Source of the DNA: Deferribacterales bacterium
GTDB lineage: Bacteria > Chrysiogenota > Deferribacteres > Deferribacterales > Geovibrionaceae
Reading direction: 5' to 3'
DNA: 64,000 bases
Assembly (NCBI GenBank): GCA_050251875.1
Contig: JBFWMA010000003.1
Span: forward strand, 290,738-354,737
Below are positions 38,647-48,714 of the stretch, piece by piece; position 1 is the stretch's first letter, and every line of letters begins with the position of its first letter. A program made the position numbers and the translations under genes. The notes under the pieces were generated by a model. It made no database searches. It was not told the origin of the DNA and saw only the letters and a list, made by a program, of their open reading frames with translations.

Positions 38647-39540
38647 ATGAATATTTCAATCCGTCAGATAGAGGTTTTTTTCTACACGGCAAAGCTCGGA
38701 AATGTCTCTCTCGCCGCGGAAAAACTGTGTATCACACAGGCGGCGGCGAGCATGGCTCTGAAGGAATTCGAGAACCAGCTCGGCGAAAAACTGTTCGAGA
38801 GGATGGGTAAAAAGCTGGTCTTGAACGAAAGCGGGAGGGCGATACTGGCATCTGCCACAGAGTTAATCGGCAGGGCGTCAGAGATGTCCGGTTTTTTCAC
38901 AGACAGGTCGCGTCTTTACGGTGATCTGATTATCGGCGCCAGCTCGTCTATAGGAAATTATGTTCTGCCGGAATATATTGCGGAGTTTATAGACACCAAC
39001 AGAATGGCAAGCATCCAGCTGAAGGTGGGCAACACCGAGGATGTCATTAACAGAGTGCTCAGGTTCGATGTGGACGTGGGCATCATAGAGGGGCTCTGCT
39101 ATGAGCCTATGATAGACGTTATCCCCTGGCTGGATGACGAGCTGGCGGTATTCACATCGTCCGGTCATCCTCTGGCGCAGGCGGAAAAGGTGAGCAAGAA
39201 AGATCTGGAATCATGCGACTGGATACTGAGAGAAGAGGGATCGGGAACCAGACGTATATTCGAGAACCAGATGACAGCGTTGTCTATGAATATCAATGTG
39301 ATGCTGGTGCTCGGACACACAGAGGCGATCAAAAATACCGTGGCGAAGGGCAAGGGCGTGAGCTGTCTGTCCAGATATGTTCTGGCTGATCTGGCTCAGC
39401 TGGGCAAGATAAAGCTGCTGGATACGCCGTTTCTTAATCTGAAAAGAAAGTTCTATGTGCTGATACATCAGGAGAAGTTCAAAACGAGAATACTCAGGGA
39501 ATTTCTGAGCGGGCTCGGTCTGGGTCAGACGGATATCTGA
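38647..39540 (+). CDS. LysR regulator (CysL/YeiE-like), divergent from the cytochrome operon
   Basis: AAEKLCITQAAAS HTH, GASSSIGNY.LP, WILREEGSGTR. Confidence 0.92.
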   Translation: MNISIRQIEVFFYTAKLGNVSLAAEKLCITQAAASMALKEFENQLGEKLFERMGKKLVLNESGRAILASATELIGRASEMSGFFTDRSRLYGDLIIGASSSIGNYVLPEYIAEFIDTNRMASIQLKVGNTEDVINRVLRFDVDVGIIEGLCYEPMIDVIPWLDDELAVFTSSGHPLAQAEKVSKKDLESCDWILREEGSGTRRIFENQMTALSMNINVMLVLGHTEAIKNTVAKGKGVSCLSRYVLADLAQLGKIKLLDTPFLNLKRKFYVLIHQEKFKTRILREFLSGLGLGQTDI

Positions 39541-40080
39541 TTACTCAGGCGGTATGGGCAGACCATCTCCGCCGTCTGTTGAAATATTTCGGACAGGGGA
39601 TAACGCCGCTTCGAATTCTTTGAGTATCCTGTTCAGCTCTGTCTGTGTTTTTTTGTCCAGAACGGATGTGATGGCTGTCTCTGTCTCTATATGCGCCTTC
39701 AGACATCTGTTGACGATGTCGAGCCCGTCCGGGGTGAGCTGAACCAGCGTGCTCCTTTTGTCCTGTTCGTTTTTCGGTCTGGATATCAGGTTTCTGTTTT
39801 CCAGCCGGGTCAGGCGGTTCGTCATGGTGCCGGACGTAACCATCAGGGTGTCGAAAAGCTGTGTAGGGGTCAGAATATACGGCTCTCCGGAGCGTCTGAG
39901 TGTCGCCAGAACATCGAACTCCCAGCGGGTCAGGTCGAAAGAGCCGAAATTGTCCTCCAGCTTCTTTCCTATCAGGGCGTTCAGACGGGCTATCCTGCCC
40001 AGTGTCTCCATGGGCGTCAGGTCTTCTTTTATATTCTGGTTTTTCCACTGGTCGATTATTTTGTCCACAGCGTCTTTCAT
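39541..40080 (-). CDS. pecS: MarR regulator, PecS/UrtR (urate-responsive) subfamily
   Basis: D.VD.II.QW N-terminal helix, WEFDVLATLRRSG, SGTMTNRL.RLE; divergent from a pecM-like gene. Confidence 0.8.
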   Translation of the reverse strand: MKDAVDKIIDQWKNQNIKEDLTPMETLGRIARLNALIGKKLEDNFGSFDLTRWEFDVLATLRRSGEPYILTPTQLFDTLMVTSGTMTNRLTRLENRNLISRPKNEQDKRSTLVQLTPDGLDIVNRCLKAHIETETAITSVLDKKTQTELNRILKEFEAALSPVRNISTDGGDGLPIPPE

Positions 40081-40094
40081 GGCGTCTCCGATTT

Positions 40095-40152
40095 ATCTTG
40101 ACATCGAGACAACTTGGAATTATCTTGATGTCAAGATTCTTGATATAGAGAT
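40095..40152. promoter_or_regulatory. Three PecS-type operator palindromes
   Basis: ATCTTGACATCGAGAC (40095), ATCTTGATGTCAAGAT (40122, perfect 7-bp arms), TTCTTGATATAGAGAT (40137). Confidence 0.75.
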
Positions 40153-40167
40153 AGTATAATGCAAAAT

Positions 40168-41019
40168 ATGAGATTATTCCAGCTTACATTTCTGACTGCG
40201 CTCGCCCCTGTCTTCTGGGGCACGACATATATCGTCACCACGGAGCTTCTGCCTCCGGACAGACCGTTCATAGCGGCGGTTATCCGTGTTCTCCCAGCCG
40301 GATTTCTTCTGATACTGATGTCCCGCCAGCTCCCGCAGAGGTCTGAGACGCTGAAGGTTCTTATCCTTTCGTTTCTGAATATAGCCTGTTTTCAGGCGAT
40401 GCTTTTTGTGGCGGCTTATCATCTGCCGGGCGGTATAGCCGCTGTGGTGGGCGCTGTTCAGCCTCTTCTGATTATGCTTATCATGTGGGCGGCGGATTCG
40501 GTTAAGCCCCGCGCGGCGACTCTCATTGCGGCGCTGTTTGCTCTGGGCGGAATGGGTCTGCTTCTGATAAAACCGGACAGCAGATGGGACACGACCGGGC
40601 TTCTGGCGGCGTTCGCCGGAGCTGTCTCTATGTCCGGTGGAACATATCTGAGCTTCCGGTGGAAACTCAGCCTGTCGAAATACGCCTTCACCGGATGGCA
40701 GTTATTCATAGGCGGGCTGATGCTCATTCCTGTGGCATATTTCAGCGAGAGTTTTCCGGCGCACATGGTTCTTAAAAATTATATAGGCTATGTCTATCTG
40801 TCTTTTTTCGGTTCTCTTGTGGCTTATTTCCTGTGGTTTCAGGGGATTAAGGAACTGCCCACCGTGGCGGTGGCTGTGCTGGGGCTTCTCAGCCCCGTGA
40901 CTGCTGTTGTTGTGGGGTGGTTCTGGCTGGGACAGGATCTGAGCTTTGCTCAGTCTGTGGGGTTCGTCACTGTGCTGGTCTGTGTGGCGGCTGTTCAGAG
41001 AACAGCCAGAAGGGGCTGA
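40168..41019 (+). CDS. pecM: EamA/DMT transporter, PecM type
   Basis: LTALAPVFWGTTY.VTTELLPP.RP, LPGG.AA..GA.QP, LGLLSP; start 40168 (or 40159). Confidence 0.85.
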   Translation: MRLFQLTFLTALAPVFWGTTYIVTTELLPPDRPFIAAVIRVLPAGFLLILMSRQLPQRSETLKVLILSFLNIACFQAMLFVAAYHLPGGIAAVVGAVQPLLIMLIMWAADSVKPRAATLIAALFALGGMGLLLIKPDSRWDTTGLLAAFAGAVSMSGGTYLSFRWKLSLSKYAFTGWQLFIGGLMLIPVAYFSESFPAHMVLKNYIGYVYLSFFGSLVAYFLWFQGIKELPTVAVAVLGLLSPVTAVVVGWFWLGQDLSFAQSVGFVTVLVCVAAVQRTARRG

Positions 41020-42197
41020 AAACCGAAAAACGACCGGATATAGCTTTCTGACGTCTGTCTGATGTCATCGGTCAGAAGCCCGCTGGCATAAAGCTCGGCT
41101 TCGGTGTTCGCCAGCTTGTCTTTGTATGGAAAAAACTCCCGGATAAGAAAATAAGAATATTCGACCAGTCCCAGACTGCCGTATACGCAGATGTTCTCTC
41201 CCTGTCTTTCGCATGCGGCGCTCATGAACGTGCTGACGGAAGACAGAATGGATTCCTTCGTGATAACCGGAACAAAAGCGATCTGCCACCTCTGCCCGAA
41301 GGTGTGGGTCGTGCTGTGGGTGTCGGAGTTGGCTACTATGGGGATGCTCCTGTCCGTGTGACCGTAGTAGAAGCTGAGCCCCAGCATGTTGTCCTGGTGG
41401 AGGGTGTCGCCGGGAATCTCTATGGCGTTCGGGAGTCTGTCCTTCACAGCCTGTTTCAGCATGGGTCTGGGCAGGTGATAGAACCCGGTGTGTTCCACCA
41501 TCCAGAAAGGATGGCACAGAACAGAGAATCCGCCTTTTTCTTTTATCATTTTCATCACCAGTTTCATCCCGCCGTATGTATATGGGCTGAGCCCCTGCTC
41601 CAGCAGGATGATATCGGTCTCCGCCGCCTGCGCCTCGATCATCTCTTTCAGTGTGTCGGCGTCCATGTCTTTCAGGTGCAGAGGTGAATCCGAGCCGATG
41701 CTGAGCACATGTCCGCCTGTGGGCACGGTGACCTCCTCCCCTTCGAAGCAGAGGATGCTTAAGCCTGACGATGCTGTGAATTTGATCGCCTCCAGAGACG
41801 GATAATAGCTGTCGTGATCGGTCACGGCGATATAGTCCATTCCCAGACGTCTCGCCTGAATCACCATCTCTCTGGGGCTCTGCGCCCCGTCAGAATATAA
41901 AGTGTGGATGTGCAGGTCGCCCTTCACGGGCAGAAGCCCCGCCATCTCTTCGCTGACGCCGTAAACGGATATCCGTCTGTCGGATGTTCCTCTGGCGCTT
42001 AGGAATATATAATATTCTCCCGTGTGCGGGAGGACTGTGGATATCTCGGTGATGTCTGACGAGTTGGCGGCGTAGAGCACTTCGGCGCTGTTCTTATAGG
42101 CGATGCGGACGGACATATTTCCCGATGCTCCCTTCAGCCTGAAGGTACATTTTTTGCCCGCCTGAAAAACTCTGGGTGTTATTTCCACATGTCTCAT
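40995..42197 (-). CDS. PHP-domain metallohydrolase/phosphoesterase
   Basis: GDLHIHTLYSDG, TDHD, GEEVT..GGH, CHPFW, NSDTH; last gene of the ABC operon. Confidence 0.85.
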   Translation of the reverse strand: MRHVEITPRVFQAGKKCTFRLKGASGNMSVRIAYKNSAEVLYAANSSDITEISTVLPHTGEYYIFLSARGTSDRRISVYGVSEEMAGLLPVKGDLHIHTLYSDGAQSPREMVIQARRLGMDYIAVTDHDSYYPSLEAIKFTASSGLSILCFEGEEVTVPTGGHVLSIGSDSPLHLKDMDADTLKEMIEAQAAETDIILLEQGLSPYTYGGMKLVMKMIKEKGGFSVLCHPFWMVEHTGFYHLPRPMLKQAVKDRLPNAIEIPGDTLHQDNMLGLSFYYGHTDRSIPIVANSDTHSTTHTFGQRWQIAFVPVITKESILSSVSTFMSAACERQGENICVYGSLGLVEYSYFLIREFFPYKDKLANTEAELYASGLLTDDIRQTSESYIRSFFGFQPLLAVL

Positions 42198-42207
42198 AAA
42201 TACTCCG

Positions 42208-43077
42208 TCAGTCAGTCTGCATATCGAGCTGAAGATTCTGAACACTTTCCTCTTCCCGCTCTTCGGCTTCTTTCGCCGCTTCGGCTCTGCGGTTTTCGTT
42301 TCGTCTGCGAATCTCATACAGCACGGCGGCGAGAACGGTGAAGAGGATGAACAGAACCGCCAGAGCGTTGATCTCCGGAGTAATGCCCAGCCGGACCATG
42401 CTGGCTATGCGGATCGTCATGGTGGTTTCTGCGCCTATGACGAATAGGGTGGTGTTATAGTTCTCAAAAGACTGCAAAAATGCGATGAGCACTGCGGAAT
42501 ATATAGCGGGACGCAGAAACGGGAGCGTGATTCTGCGGAACACCTGTTTATGCGTTGCGCCCAGATCCATTGCCGCCTCTTCCAGCGTTCTGTCGAACCT
42601 CTGGAGTCTCGCCATGAACATCAGCATGCAGAACGATGATATGTAAGCCGTCTGTCCTATCACCGTCAGAAAGATTCCTCCCGGCACGCCCATATTGTCC
42701 CAGAAAATCAGGGTGGAGATGCCGAGAATGACGCCGGGAGTCAGGATCGGCGAGACCATCAGAGCATAGAGAAAACCCCTGCCTCTGATGCCTCTGGATG
42801 TCAGGAGCATCGCCCCGGCGAGCCCGGTGGGGACGGCGAGGATTATGACGCCGACTCCGATGATGACGCTGTTCAGAACGGAGCCCCAGAGGATTTTGTC
42901 CTTAAACAGGGTTTCGAACCACGACAGGGTCGCTCCCTGCCAGGGGACGAACGTTGGAAAGGAAGAGCTGTTGAAAGCCGCCGCCGTCATGAACATCAGC
43001 GGGGTGAACAGATAAAGAAAGAACAGAATCATATATCCGGTCAGAAATATATTTAACACGCTTTTCGATGATTTCAT
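42208..43077 (-). CDS. Polyamine-type ABC permease (PotC-like)
   Basis: LEEAAMDLGA EAA loop, TPEINALA. Confidence 0.88.
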   Translation of the reverse strand: MKSSKSVLNIFLTGYMILFFLYLFTPLMFMTAAAFNSSSFPTFVPWQGATLSWFETLFKDKILWGSVLNSVIIGVGVIILAVPTGLAGAMLLTSRGIRGRGFLYALMVSPILTPGVILGISTLIFWDNMGVPGGIFLTVIGQTAYISSFCMLMFMARLQRFDRTLEEAAMDLGATHKQVFRRITLPFLRPAIYSAVLIAFLQSFENYNTTLFVIGAETTMTIRIASMVRLGITPEINALAVLFILFTVLAAVLYEIRRRNENRRAEAAKEAEEREEESVQNLQLDMQTD

Positions 43078-44123
43078 TTTGCCATATCCTCCATCTTCAC
43101 ACGGAACAGGCGCATCATGAAGGCGATGAAGAGGATGCACAGAAGCAGCAGGATGAAGGCGTATGCCGATCCCTGATTCCAGTTTCCGCCGTCAAAGAAC
43201 CAGCTGTAGATTATCTGGGTGAACCATATACCGCTGGTGCCTCCCAGAATAGCCGGAACGGCGTATGTGCCTGCCGCCAGCATGAATGTCATTATGCTCC
43301 CCACGGCTATGCCCGGCTTGGCATAGGGGATGATGATCCTCCTGTGTATGCGTATCCATGAGGCGCCCAGATCACGGGCGGCCTCTATCTGGTTTTTATC
43401 CAGAGTAGACAGGGTGTTGTACATGGGGAAAACCATGAACAGCACATAGGCGTATGCCATGCCCGCCAGAACGCCGACATTGCCGTTCAGAAAATCTATT
43501 GGCTCGCTAATAACCCCCGCCTTCATCAGCAAAGTGTTCAGAACGCCTTTGTATGACAATATGATGAGCCATGCGAATGTCCGCAGGATCTCATTGATCC
43601 AGTATGGGATCACAAGCCCCAGAAACAGAAGCGCCGCCGTCTCTTTCCTTACGGAAAAAGCCAGATAGCATGCCACCGGATAGCAGATGGCGAACGCCAG
43701 AAATGTTATGAGAACACTCGACCAGATGCTTTTCAGAAACACGCTCCGGTGCAGGGTATTGCTGAAAAGGGTCATGTAGTTTTTCATGCCGTATTTTTTC
43801 ACGGCGGACGTCTCCGATGCTTCCATCTTTGACATCTCAGCGGACAGAGACTCGTATTCAGCGTCCAGACGGTCTATCTTCGCCTGATCCGGATTGTCCA
43901 GATATTTTTCAGCGGCTATGTCGCTGTCTATCATCAGGAGCCTGTCTTCCATGGCGTTCATCTTTTCCAGACGCTTCTGAACGGCGGTCTCGTCTCTGTA
44001 CCACATGGAATAGTCCACCATCATCAGCTGGGGCACTATCACCAGCCCCACTATCCAGACTGTGCATGATATGAGGATATATGCCGTGATGAACCGCCCG
44101 TAGCGCAGGAGCATGTCTTTCAT
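43074..44123 (-). CDS. Polyamine-type ABC permease (PotB-like) with a periplasmic coiled-coil insertion
   Basis: IPYWINEILR.FAW, IEAARDLGA, NWNQGSA. Confidence 0.88.
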   Translation of the reverse strand: MKDMLLRYGRFITAYILISCTVWIVGLVIVPQLMMVDYSMWYRDETAVQKRLEKMNAMEDRLLMIDSDIAAEKYLDNPDQAKIDRLDAEYESLSAEMSKMEASETSAVKKYGMKNYMTLFSNTLHRSVFLKSIWSSVLITFLAFAICYPVACYLAFSVRKETAALLFLGLVIPYWINEILRTFAWLIILSYKGVLNTLLMKAGVISEPIDFLNGNVGVLAGMAYAYVLFMVFPMYNTLSTLDKNQIEAARDLGASWIRIHRRIIIPYAKPGIAVGSIMTFMLAAGTYAVPAILGGTSGIWFTQIIYSWFFDGGNWNQGSAYAFILLLLCILFIAFMMRLFRVKMEDMAK

Positions 44124-45211
44124 GATATTCTGCCCGCCATTTTCATCACACGGGAATGATCGGGGCTGAAGGATATGCTGAGCTGATCGCCCTGACGGAA
44201 TCTGCCCGTGTCCCCGGTGTTCATCATATTTACGGAGATTTCTTTTTCGGCGCAGGTTTTTTTCAGAAAAAGATTAACGAACGATCCCTCGAACTCCATC
44301 CGGCTCACCGTGCTGCTGAATATATTATGTCCGTTTCCGGAGGCGCTTTCCGCTACCGCCATCCTCTCCGGGCGGATGAAGATCACCGCTTCGTCACCCT
44401 GACTGTGCCCGTCCGTGTTCACTCCGGTGAATCTTCCGCAGGGGGTTTCTATCTCAGACATATTGCCGGAGGTGGATATCACTCTGCCTCTGAACATATT
44501 GTTTTCGCCAACGAAAGACGCTGTGAAAGGCGTTGACGGGTTATTATAAATCTCTTCGGGCGATCCGGTCTGCTCTATCTTTCCGGCGGACATCACGGCG
44601 ACCCTGTCGCTCATTGTCATCGCCTCCCCCTGATCGTGGGTTATGTATATGAATGTCACGCCTGTTTTTTTCTGAATGTCTCTCAGCTCCGATCTCATGT
44701 GCTGTCTCAGCTTCAGATCCAGAGCCGACAGAGGCTCATCCAGCAGGAGCACCTGAGGCTCCACAGCCAGCGCCCGGGCGATAGCCACACGCTGTTTCTG
44801 TCCGCCGGAGAGCTCATTTATGTTTTTGTCGCCGTATCCTGTGAGGGCGATCAGCTCCAGAAGCTCGTCCGCCTTCTTCAGACGTTCCTTTTTTCCGATG
44901 TTTTTCACCTCCAGACCGAAGGCGATGTTGTCCGCCACGGACATCAGGGGAAAGAGCGCCAGATTCTGAAAGATCAGCGCCGTGGGGCGCTTGTTCGGAC
45001 CTATGCCGTCCATGCTGTTTCCGGAGATGGAGACCGAACCGGACGTGGGTCTGTTGAATCCGGATATGATGCGCAGGATGGTTGTCTTGCCGCATCCGGA
45101 TGGTCCGAGAAAACTGAAGAACTCACCGCTTTCGATCTCCAGACTCACATTATCCACGGCGGTGAAATCTCCGAATTTCATAGATACTCTGTCCAGAATT
45201 ACCTGTCCCAT
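44120..45211 (-). CDS. Polyamine-type ABC ATPase (PotA-like)
   Basis: GPSGCGKT, LSGGQKQR, LLLDEP, THDQ, TOBE tail. Confidence 0.92.
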   Translation of the reverse strand: MGQVILDRVSMKFGDFTAVDNVSLEIESGEFFSFLGPSGCGKTTILRIISGFNRPTSGSVSISGNSMDGIGPNKRPTALIFQNLALFPLMSVADNIAFGLEVKNIGKKERLKKADELLELIALTGYGDKNINELSGGQKQRVAIARALAVEPQVLLLDEPLSALDLKLRQHMRSELRDIQKKTGVTFIYITHDQGEAMTMSDRVAVMSAGKIEQTGSPEEIYNNPSTPFTASFVGENNMFRGRVISTSGNMSEIETPCGRFTGVNTDGHSQGDEAVIFIRPERMAVAESASGNGHNIFSSTVSRMEFEGSFVNLFLKKTCAEKEISVNMMNTGDTGRFRQGDQLSISFSPDHSRVMKMAGRIS

Positions 45212-45223
45212 TATAACCTCGAT

Positions 45224-45259
45224 AAAAAAGGGCACAGCCGCATAGCGGACATGTGCCCT
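45224..45259 (-). terminator. Intercistronic terminator/stabilising hairpin after the binding-protein gene
   Basis: AGGGCACA/TGTGCCCT stem plus T6 on the minus strand. Confidence 0.7.
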
Positions 45260-45281
45260 GTTGGAGTGTTGCTGGCTGTTG

Positions 45282-46421
45282 TTATGACGCGAGGAGCTTG
45301 TCGCGGAACTCGTTTCTGATGGAAACGAACCATGCCGGCTCTATGGGGTACCACCACAGGTTAGCTATGGCGTTGCCGGGGTAAGCGGCGGCGAAGTTCA
45401 GCTTTGAGTCTTCGTTCAGGAAGTTTTCAGCGCCTTTAGCGCATGAGTTGTATCCTGAGTTGTTGGCGTGCATAGCGCCGTTTTTGGGCTTGTAGTACCA
45501 GTTGATGAAGGCGTAAGCCTGCTCAACGTTCTCTGCTCCTGTGGGGATGCCCATTGTGTCCATCCATGTGAGCGCCCCCTCTTTGGGCGCCATATATGTG
45601 ATCTTTGATTTTGTCTCTGTGCGCAGACGCATAGCGGGTCCGTCCCATGTCTGACCTATGACGCATCCGTTCTGCATGAAGGCGTTGGTGGTTTCCTGAG
45701 CGTTGCTCCAGAAGGCTCTGATGTTCTTTTTCATCTTGATGGCGTGGTCTGTCACCTGAGTATATATTTTGCGCATTTTCTCTTCGGAAACATATGTGTC
45801 TCTCATCTGGTTGGATGATATCTTTCCGGCGGCGTCCATCCACAGACCCAGACCGATGAGACCGGAGTGGGCTCTGATAGTCATCTTTCCGGCGTTTTCA
45901 GGCGACCAGATATCTCCGTATGACAGTTTTCCGTACTGATATCCGTGAGCGGATGTGTCGAAGCATACGCCCTCTGTTCCCCAGTTGAAAGGAACGGTGT
46001 AGCGTTTGCGGCGCATAACGGCTCCCAGTCTCTCAGAGTCTTTCCACATGGAGGAGATACATCCGTCAGCGTTGATCTTTTTTTCGTTAAGAGGCTGAAG
46101 CAGGCTGTATTTAGCCCACTGAACACCGTATGTCACAGACGGCATTACTATGTCGAAACCTTTTCCTTTAGACGCTCTGAGTTTGTTCAGAACCTCGTCA
46201 TTGGAACCGTATACGGAGAGGTTTACCTTGATGCCTGTCTCTTTTGTGAAGGCGTCCAGCATGTCCTGATAGATGTAGTCCGACCATGAATAGAGGTTCA
46301 GCTCGCCTGATGAGGCAAAGGCGTTGCGGACAAAAGCGGGGGAGCTGATGATAGCCGCTCCGGCGGCGGCGCCTTTCAGAAATGAACGGCGTGATATGGA
46401 TGATCTGGTTTTTTCGCTCAT
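45282..46421 (-). CDS. Tat-exported PotD/PotF-like solute-binding protein
   Basis: SRRSFLK Tat motif, LNLYSWSDYI, PFNWGT, PKEG..TWMD. Confidence 0.9.
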   Translation of the reverse strand: MSEKTRSSISRRSFLKGAAAGAAIISSPAFVRNAFASSGELNLYSWSDYIYQDMLDAFTKETGIKVNLSVYGSNDEVLNKLRASKGKGFDIVMPSVTYGVQWAKYSLLQPLNEKKINADGCISSMWKDSERLGAVMRRKRYTVPFNWGTEGVCFDTSAHGYQYGKLSYGDIWSPENAGKMTIRAHSGLIGLGLWMDAAGKISSNQMRDTYVSEEKMRKIYTQVTDHAIKMKKNIRAFWSNAQETTNAFMQNGCVIGQTWDGPAMRLRTETKSKITYMAPKEGALTWMDTMGIPTGAENVEQAYAFINWYYKPKNGAMHANNSGYNSCAKGAENFLNEDSKLNFAAAYPGNAIANLWWYPIEPAWFVSIRNEFRDKLLAS

Positions 46422-46470
46422 GAGATTAGTCTCCTGATAATAATAATTATAGGAGAGGATACTCTCTCTG

Positions 46471-46604
46471 GTTAATAAGAATGTCATGCTTTTATGAGGG
46501 TTCTGTAAAATTAAAAATCAGTTAGTAATCATGAGTTTACAAATTCAGTTAGTCTGACAATTTTTTCAAATAAATTTTAACTTTTCGTAACTTTCCCATG
46601 ACAG
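46471..46604. promoter_or_regulatory. Putative Pho-box-like repeats facing both divergent operons
   Basis: Minus: TTTAC/CTCAT/ATGAC at 11-bp spacing (46509-46483). Plus: TTAAC/GTAAC/ATGAC (46577-46602). Both arrays end in CATGACA. Confidence 0.45.
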
Positions 46605-46656
46605 GTATCTGGCAGATTCCGGCTATGCTTACTGCTCACTGATTATGGAGGTAATT

Positions 46657-47667
46657 ATGAAAAAGCTTCTGCTTATGCTTATGGCGCTTCTGACATTCGC
46701 CATGTCCGCTATGGCCGGCGAAATCACTGTCTACACAGCTCTGGAGGACGATCAGTATCCCGTCTATCTCGAGTCTTTCAAACAGCAGCACCCCGAAATT
46801 AAACTTAACATCGTAAGAGATTCTACAGGTATCATCACAGCCAGACTGCTGGCTGAGAAAGCCAATCCTCAGGCTGACGTGGTTTGGGGTCTGGCGGCTA
46901 CCAGTCTTCTGGTTCTGGACAACCAAAAACTGCTCGCTCCCTATGCTCCTAAAGGCGTGGAGAGAGTTATGCCCCAGTTCAAAGACAAGGCTAAAACACC
47001 CGCATGGGTCGGCATAGACGCATGGATGACATCATTCACCGTGAACACAGCCGAGATGCAGAAACGCGGTCTTCCCGTTCCCACAGGATACGCTGATCTT
47101 ATCAAACCCGAATATAAAGGTCTGATTACTATGCCCAACCCCGCCTCTTCAGGCACAGGATTTCTGACAGTCAGCGCATGGCTTCAGCTTTTCAAAGGCA
47201 AAAAAGGCTGGGACTACATGGAAAAACTGCACCAGAACATCGCTCTCTACACTCACTCCGGTTCAAAACCTTCTAAAATGGCAGCCACAGGCGAATATCC
47301 CATCGGTATCTCCTTCGGCTACAGAGGTCTGACAGAGATGAAAAAAGGCGCTCCCGTCACAGTGGTATTCCCCAAAGAGGGTTCCGGATGGGATCTGGAA
47401 GCCAACGCCCTGATAAAGAAGAAAAACATCAGCGCTGACGCAAAAGCCTTCCTCGACTGGGCTATTTCAGACACTGTAATGACAGAGTACAACAAAAACT
47501 TCGCCATCGTAACAGTGAAGAACAACAATCCCGTTCCCGCAGGATATGTAGCCAATCCGCTTAAACAGATTATCAAAAACGACTTCTCATGGGCCGCCAC
47601 AAACAGGGACTCCATTCTGAAAGAGTGGTCTGCCAGATTTGACGCAAAAAGCGAACCCAAGAAATAA
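46657..47667 (+). CDS. Putative 2-aminoethylphosphonate ABC substrate-binding protein
   Basis: Signal peptide, [45 protein letters not shown]; upstream of phnX/phnW. Confidence 0.88.
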   Translation: MKKLLLMLMALLTFAMSAMAGEITVYTALEDDQYPVYLESFKQQHPEIKLNIVRDSTGIITARLLAEKANPQADVVWGLAATSLLVLDNQKLLAPYAPKGVERVMPQFKDKAKTPAWVGIDAWMTSFTVNTAEMQKRGLPVPTGYADLIKPEYKGLITMPNPASSGTGFLTVSAWLQLFKGKKGWDYMEKLHQNIALYTHSGSKPSKMAATGEYPIGISFGYRGLTEMKKGAPVTVVFPKEGSGWDLEANALIKKKNISADAKAFLDWAISDTVMTEYNKNFAIVTVKNNNPVPAGYVANPLKQIIKNDFSWAATNRDSILKEWSARFDAKSEPKK

Positions 47668-47724
47668 CATTTCACAGGCGGGGGGTGATGAGCCCTCCGC
47701 ACTCCTAAAAGGACAAAACCTATA

Positions 47725-48708
47725 ATGGAAAATGAATATCTGAGAGCTGACGGAATAACAAAATCGTTCAGCTCACGAACTGTTCTGAGCAATGTCTCCT
47801 TCACCGCCAAAAGGGGCGAGTTCATCAGCCTTCTGGGACCATCCGGATGCGGAAAGACCACACTGCTACGCATAATATCCGGGCTGGAAACATCCGACAG
47901 CGGAAAAATCTTTTTTAACGGAAACGATTATACGTCCGTACCCGCCTCCAAGCGCAACTTCGGCATAGTTTTTCAGTCATATGCACTGTTTCCCAACATG
48001 ACGGTGACAGAGAACATCACATACGGGCTCAAGAGCAGAGAGAAGAACAGAACAGCAAAACAGAAGATCGCTGACGAGATGCTGAACATCACCGGGCTCT
48101 ATGCCGAGAAGGAAAAATATCCCTTCCAGCTCTCAGGCGGTCAACAGCAGAGGGTGGCGCTGGCGAGGGCACTGGCTCTGAAACCCAGCATACTTCTTCT
48201 GGATGAGCCATTGTCGGCTCTGGATGCTAAGGTGCGGGAGAAACTGCGCCGTGAGATCAGAAGTATCCACGATAAAATGAACATAACCACCGTGATGGTG
48301 ACCCACGATCAGGAGGAGGCGATTACAGTCTCCGACAGGATAGCCGTGATGAACGGCGGAATCATAGAGCAGATGGGGACTCCGGACGAGCTATATTTCA
48401 GACCGAAGACAAAATTCATAGCCGGATTCATCGGTATGATGAATTTCATGGAGATAAACGGAGAGAAGAAGGGCATCCGCCCGGAACAGATAAAGATATC
48501 GCCGTCCTTCTCGGCTGTGGGCGAAAACGCCGTGATTACAGACATGGAGTTCAGAGGCGCCTTTATCCGGCTGTTTCTGAATCTGGAAAACAGAAAGACG
48601 GAAACCGCTCTGGTGGTGGATGTCAGCTCTTTCGACACGGACATGTCCAGACTGAAACTGAACAGCCTGGTGAAGGTGCAGATACCTGAATCTGCCATTA
48701 ATTTCTAA
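47725..48708 (+). CDS. Aminoethylphosphonate ABC ATP-binding protein
   Basis: GPSGCGKT, FQSYALFPN, LSGGQQQR, DEPLSALDAKVR. Confidence 0.9.
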   Translation: MENEYLRADGITKSFSSRTVLSNVSFTAKRGEFISLLGPSGCGKTTLLRIISGLETSDSGKIFFNGNDYTSVPASKRNFGIVFQSYALFPNMTVTENITYGLKSREKNRTAKQKIADEMLNITGLYAEKEKYPFQLSGGQQQRVALARALALKPSILLLDEPLSALDAKVREKLRREIRSIHDKMNITTVMVTHDQEEAITVSDRIAVMNGGIIEQMGTPDELYFRPKTKFIAGFIGMMNFMEINGEKKGIRPEQIKISPSFSAVGENAVITDMEFRGAFIRLFLNLENRKTETALVVDVSSFDTDMSRLKLNSLVKVQIPESAINF

Positions 48709-48714
48709 GGGGAC

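Noticed and set aside
46518..46553. Direct repeat TCAGTTAGT twice in the pot/phn intergenic region
   Set aside because: Only two 9-mers in AT-rich DNA; no regulator can be assigned.
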